A DNA stretch of 64,000 bases, taken from assembly GCA_024679065.1 (NCBI GenBank), contig JAGIQG010000011.1, positions 34,658,001 through 34,722,000 on the forward strand. Reading direction: 5' to 3'. A program made the position numbers and the translations under genes. The stretch comes from Sphyrna mokarran (Eukaryota). Positions 62,660-64,000 of the stretch are shown here, piece by piece. Within the stretch, counting starts at the first letter, position 1. Every line of letters starts with the position of its first letter. The notes beneath the pieces were generated by a model. It was not told the origin of the DNA and did no database searches. It saw only the letters and a list, made by a program, of their open reading frames with translations.

Positions 62660-63430
62660 GGGCAAATTTAAATGGTTTGTAAAAAGGACACTGTAATAAT
62701 CATGGGTGATTTTTAATCTTCATATCGATCAGATGAGTCGAATTGGCAAAAGAAGCCTTGAGATGAGCTCACAGAGGATATTCAGGAATTTCTTAGAATA
62801 GCATGTTCTGGACCAATCTAAGAATAACCTATTTTAGATCTGCTAATGTGTAATGAGACAGGAATAATTAATGATCTCATTGTAGAAATTTGTCTAGGCA
62901 AGAATGACCATAGCATGATAGAATTTCGTATTCAGTTTGAAGATGAGAAACACAAGTTTGAAATTCATATCTTAAATTCAATGAAGACAAAGTCGGTTAA
63001 AGTAGATTGGGAAAATAAATTAAGAGATAAGATGGTCGATAAGCAGTGGCAGACATGTAAGGCAATAATTCATAACTCTCAACAAAGATATATTCTATTG
63101 TGAAAGAAACTCTCTATGGCTAGATCTAGATTCCCTCAAGAGGGGAAACATCCTGCCAGTATCTTGCTGTTAATTTTTACCACAGAACCTTATATGTTTG
63201 AATAGACTTTCGTTCTTTTGTTCCTCTCAATCTTTCTTCATAAGCCAACCTCTTCAGTCCAGAGATTAATCTCGTGAACCTTCTTCGAATTCTCTTCAAT
63301 ACAACTATAACCCTTCTTAAATAAGCAGACTAAAATTGTATAAAATATTTCCTGTGCAGTCTAACCAATGTCCTGTACAATTTAGAAAAACTTTTATAAT
63401 TTCATATAGGCATTTCTCTTGCAATAAAGA
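62660..63430. mobile_element. Old CR1 fragments: APE region (+) and RT C-terminus (-)
   Basis: IIMGDF, ILDLLMCNE and LGKNDHSMIEF on +. A minus-strand CR1-like segment lies at 63170-63430. Confidence 0.65.
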
Positions 63431-63581
63431 CAATATTACAGGATTGAGAAGCTGGAATGAGCTGTAAAGAATAATGACTGAAACCATGTGCTGTACACAT
63501 TTTGAAAATTAAAATAGCAAGCAATACAGATCCTATCTGTCACATGGGGAAAATTATGTGGAATTGCCCTGGCAATCCCCT

Positions 63582-63733
63582 GGATTGGGGTGGGCACAGT
63601 AAGAAGACACACACCAAGATAAAGTCCAACAGGGTTATTTGGAATCATGAGCTGATGAAGAAGCAGTGCTCCGAAAGCATGTGATTCCAAATAAACCTGT
63701 TGGACTTTAACCTAGTGTTGTAAGACTTCTTAC
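63582..63733. mobile_element. Palindromic Penelope-derived mini-element with a hammerhead-like core in the loop
   Basis: Arms taaagtccaacagggttatttggaatca and tgattccaaataaacctgttggacttta enclose CTGATGA-agaagcagtgctcc-GAAA. Confidence 0.75.
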
Positions 63734-63898
63734 AGAGGAAAAAGACAAGTTAATACTTTAGATTTGCTTCAGAAACAAGCAAATTAAAAGAGGACCCAAG
63801 ACAGGCAGCCACAACAGCTAGAAGAGCAGGCAAGAAGCGTTGTCTGTAGCTCAGTATGAAGACATTTTCAGTCTTGCAGAGTTTAAAAGGAAGTATTT

Positions 63899-63980
63899 AT
63901 TGCTTCTTGGCCTTTTGACTAAGATTGAACATCAGATCAAGTCTAAATTGGGGTGCAATATCTTGTCAGCTTGGATCTAA
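63899..63980 (+). pseudogene. U2 snRNA 5' fragment fused to non-U2 sequence
   Basis: attgcttcttggccttttgactaagat matches U2 nt 1-27 (ATCGCTTCTCGGCCTTTTGGCTAAGAT) at 24/27. It is followed by a second agatcaagt and then unrelated sequence. Confidence 0.7.
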
Positions 63981-64000
63981 TTTGTCTTTTTTGATTTAGA

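Noticed and set aside
1-64000. CRISPR array, operon or other prokaryotic/viral system
   Set aside because: There is no regularly spaced repeat-spacer array and no long intact ORF. The window is intron-containing, TE-rich vertebrate DNA.

Overview
Vertebrate genomic DNA, almost certainly a shark (elasmobranch): it is dense in HE1-type V-SINEs, SacSINE1-like DeuSINEs and CR1/HER1-like LINEs. The only host gene I can support is the 5' end of an RGD-class integrin alpha, most likely ITGAV. It lies on the minus strand, with a CpG-island promoter at ~11 kb and coding exons 1 and 2 at 10913-10753 and 10188-10058. The gene runs off the left edge, so 1-10057 is intron 2. The remaining ~53 kb is upstream intergenic DNA made of decayed transposons: CR1, Rex-Babar, RTE, Penelope-like, hAT, Harbinger, a Tigger-like MITE and a copia RT relic. 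It also holds a UACA-like coiled-coil relic and a U2-headed chimera. The most interesting non-genic signals are Penelope-derived hairpins with minimal hammerhead-ribozyme cores, a four-level nested insertion around a full-length RTE LINE with a possible HDV-like 5' fold, and two local inverted duplications. I find no intact novel protein-coding system, and most listed ORFs are TE debris or chance. Repeat boundaries were read by eye and are approximate unless a TSD or TIR is quoted.
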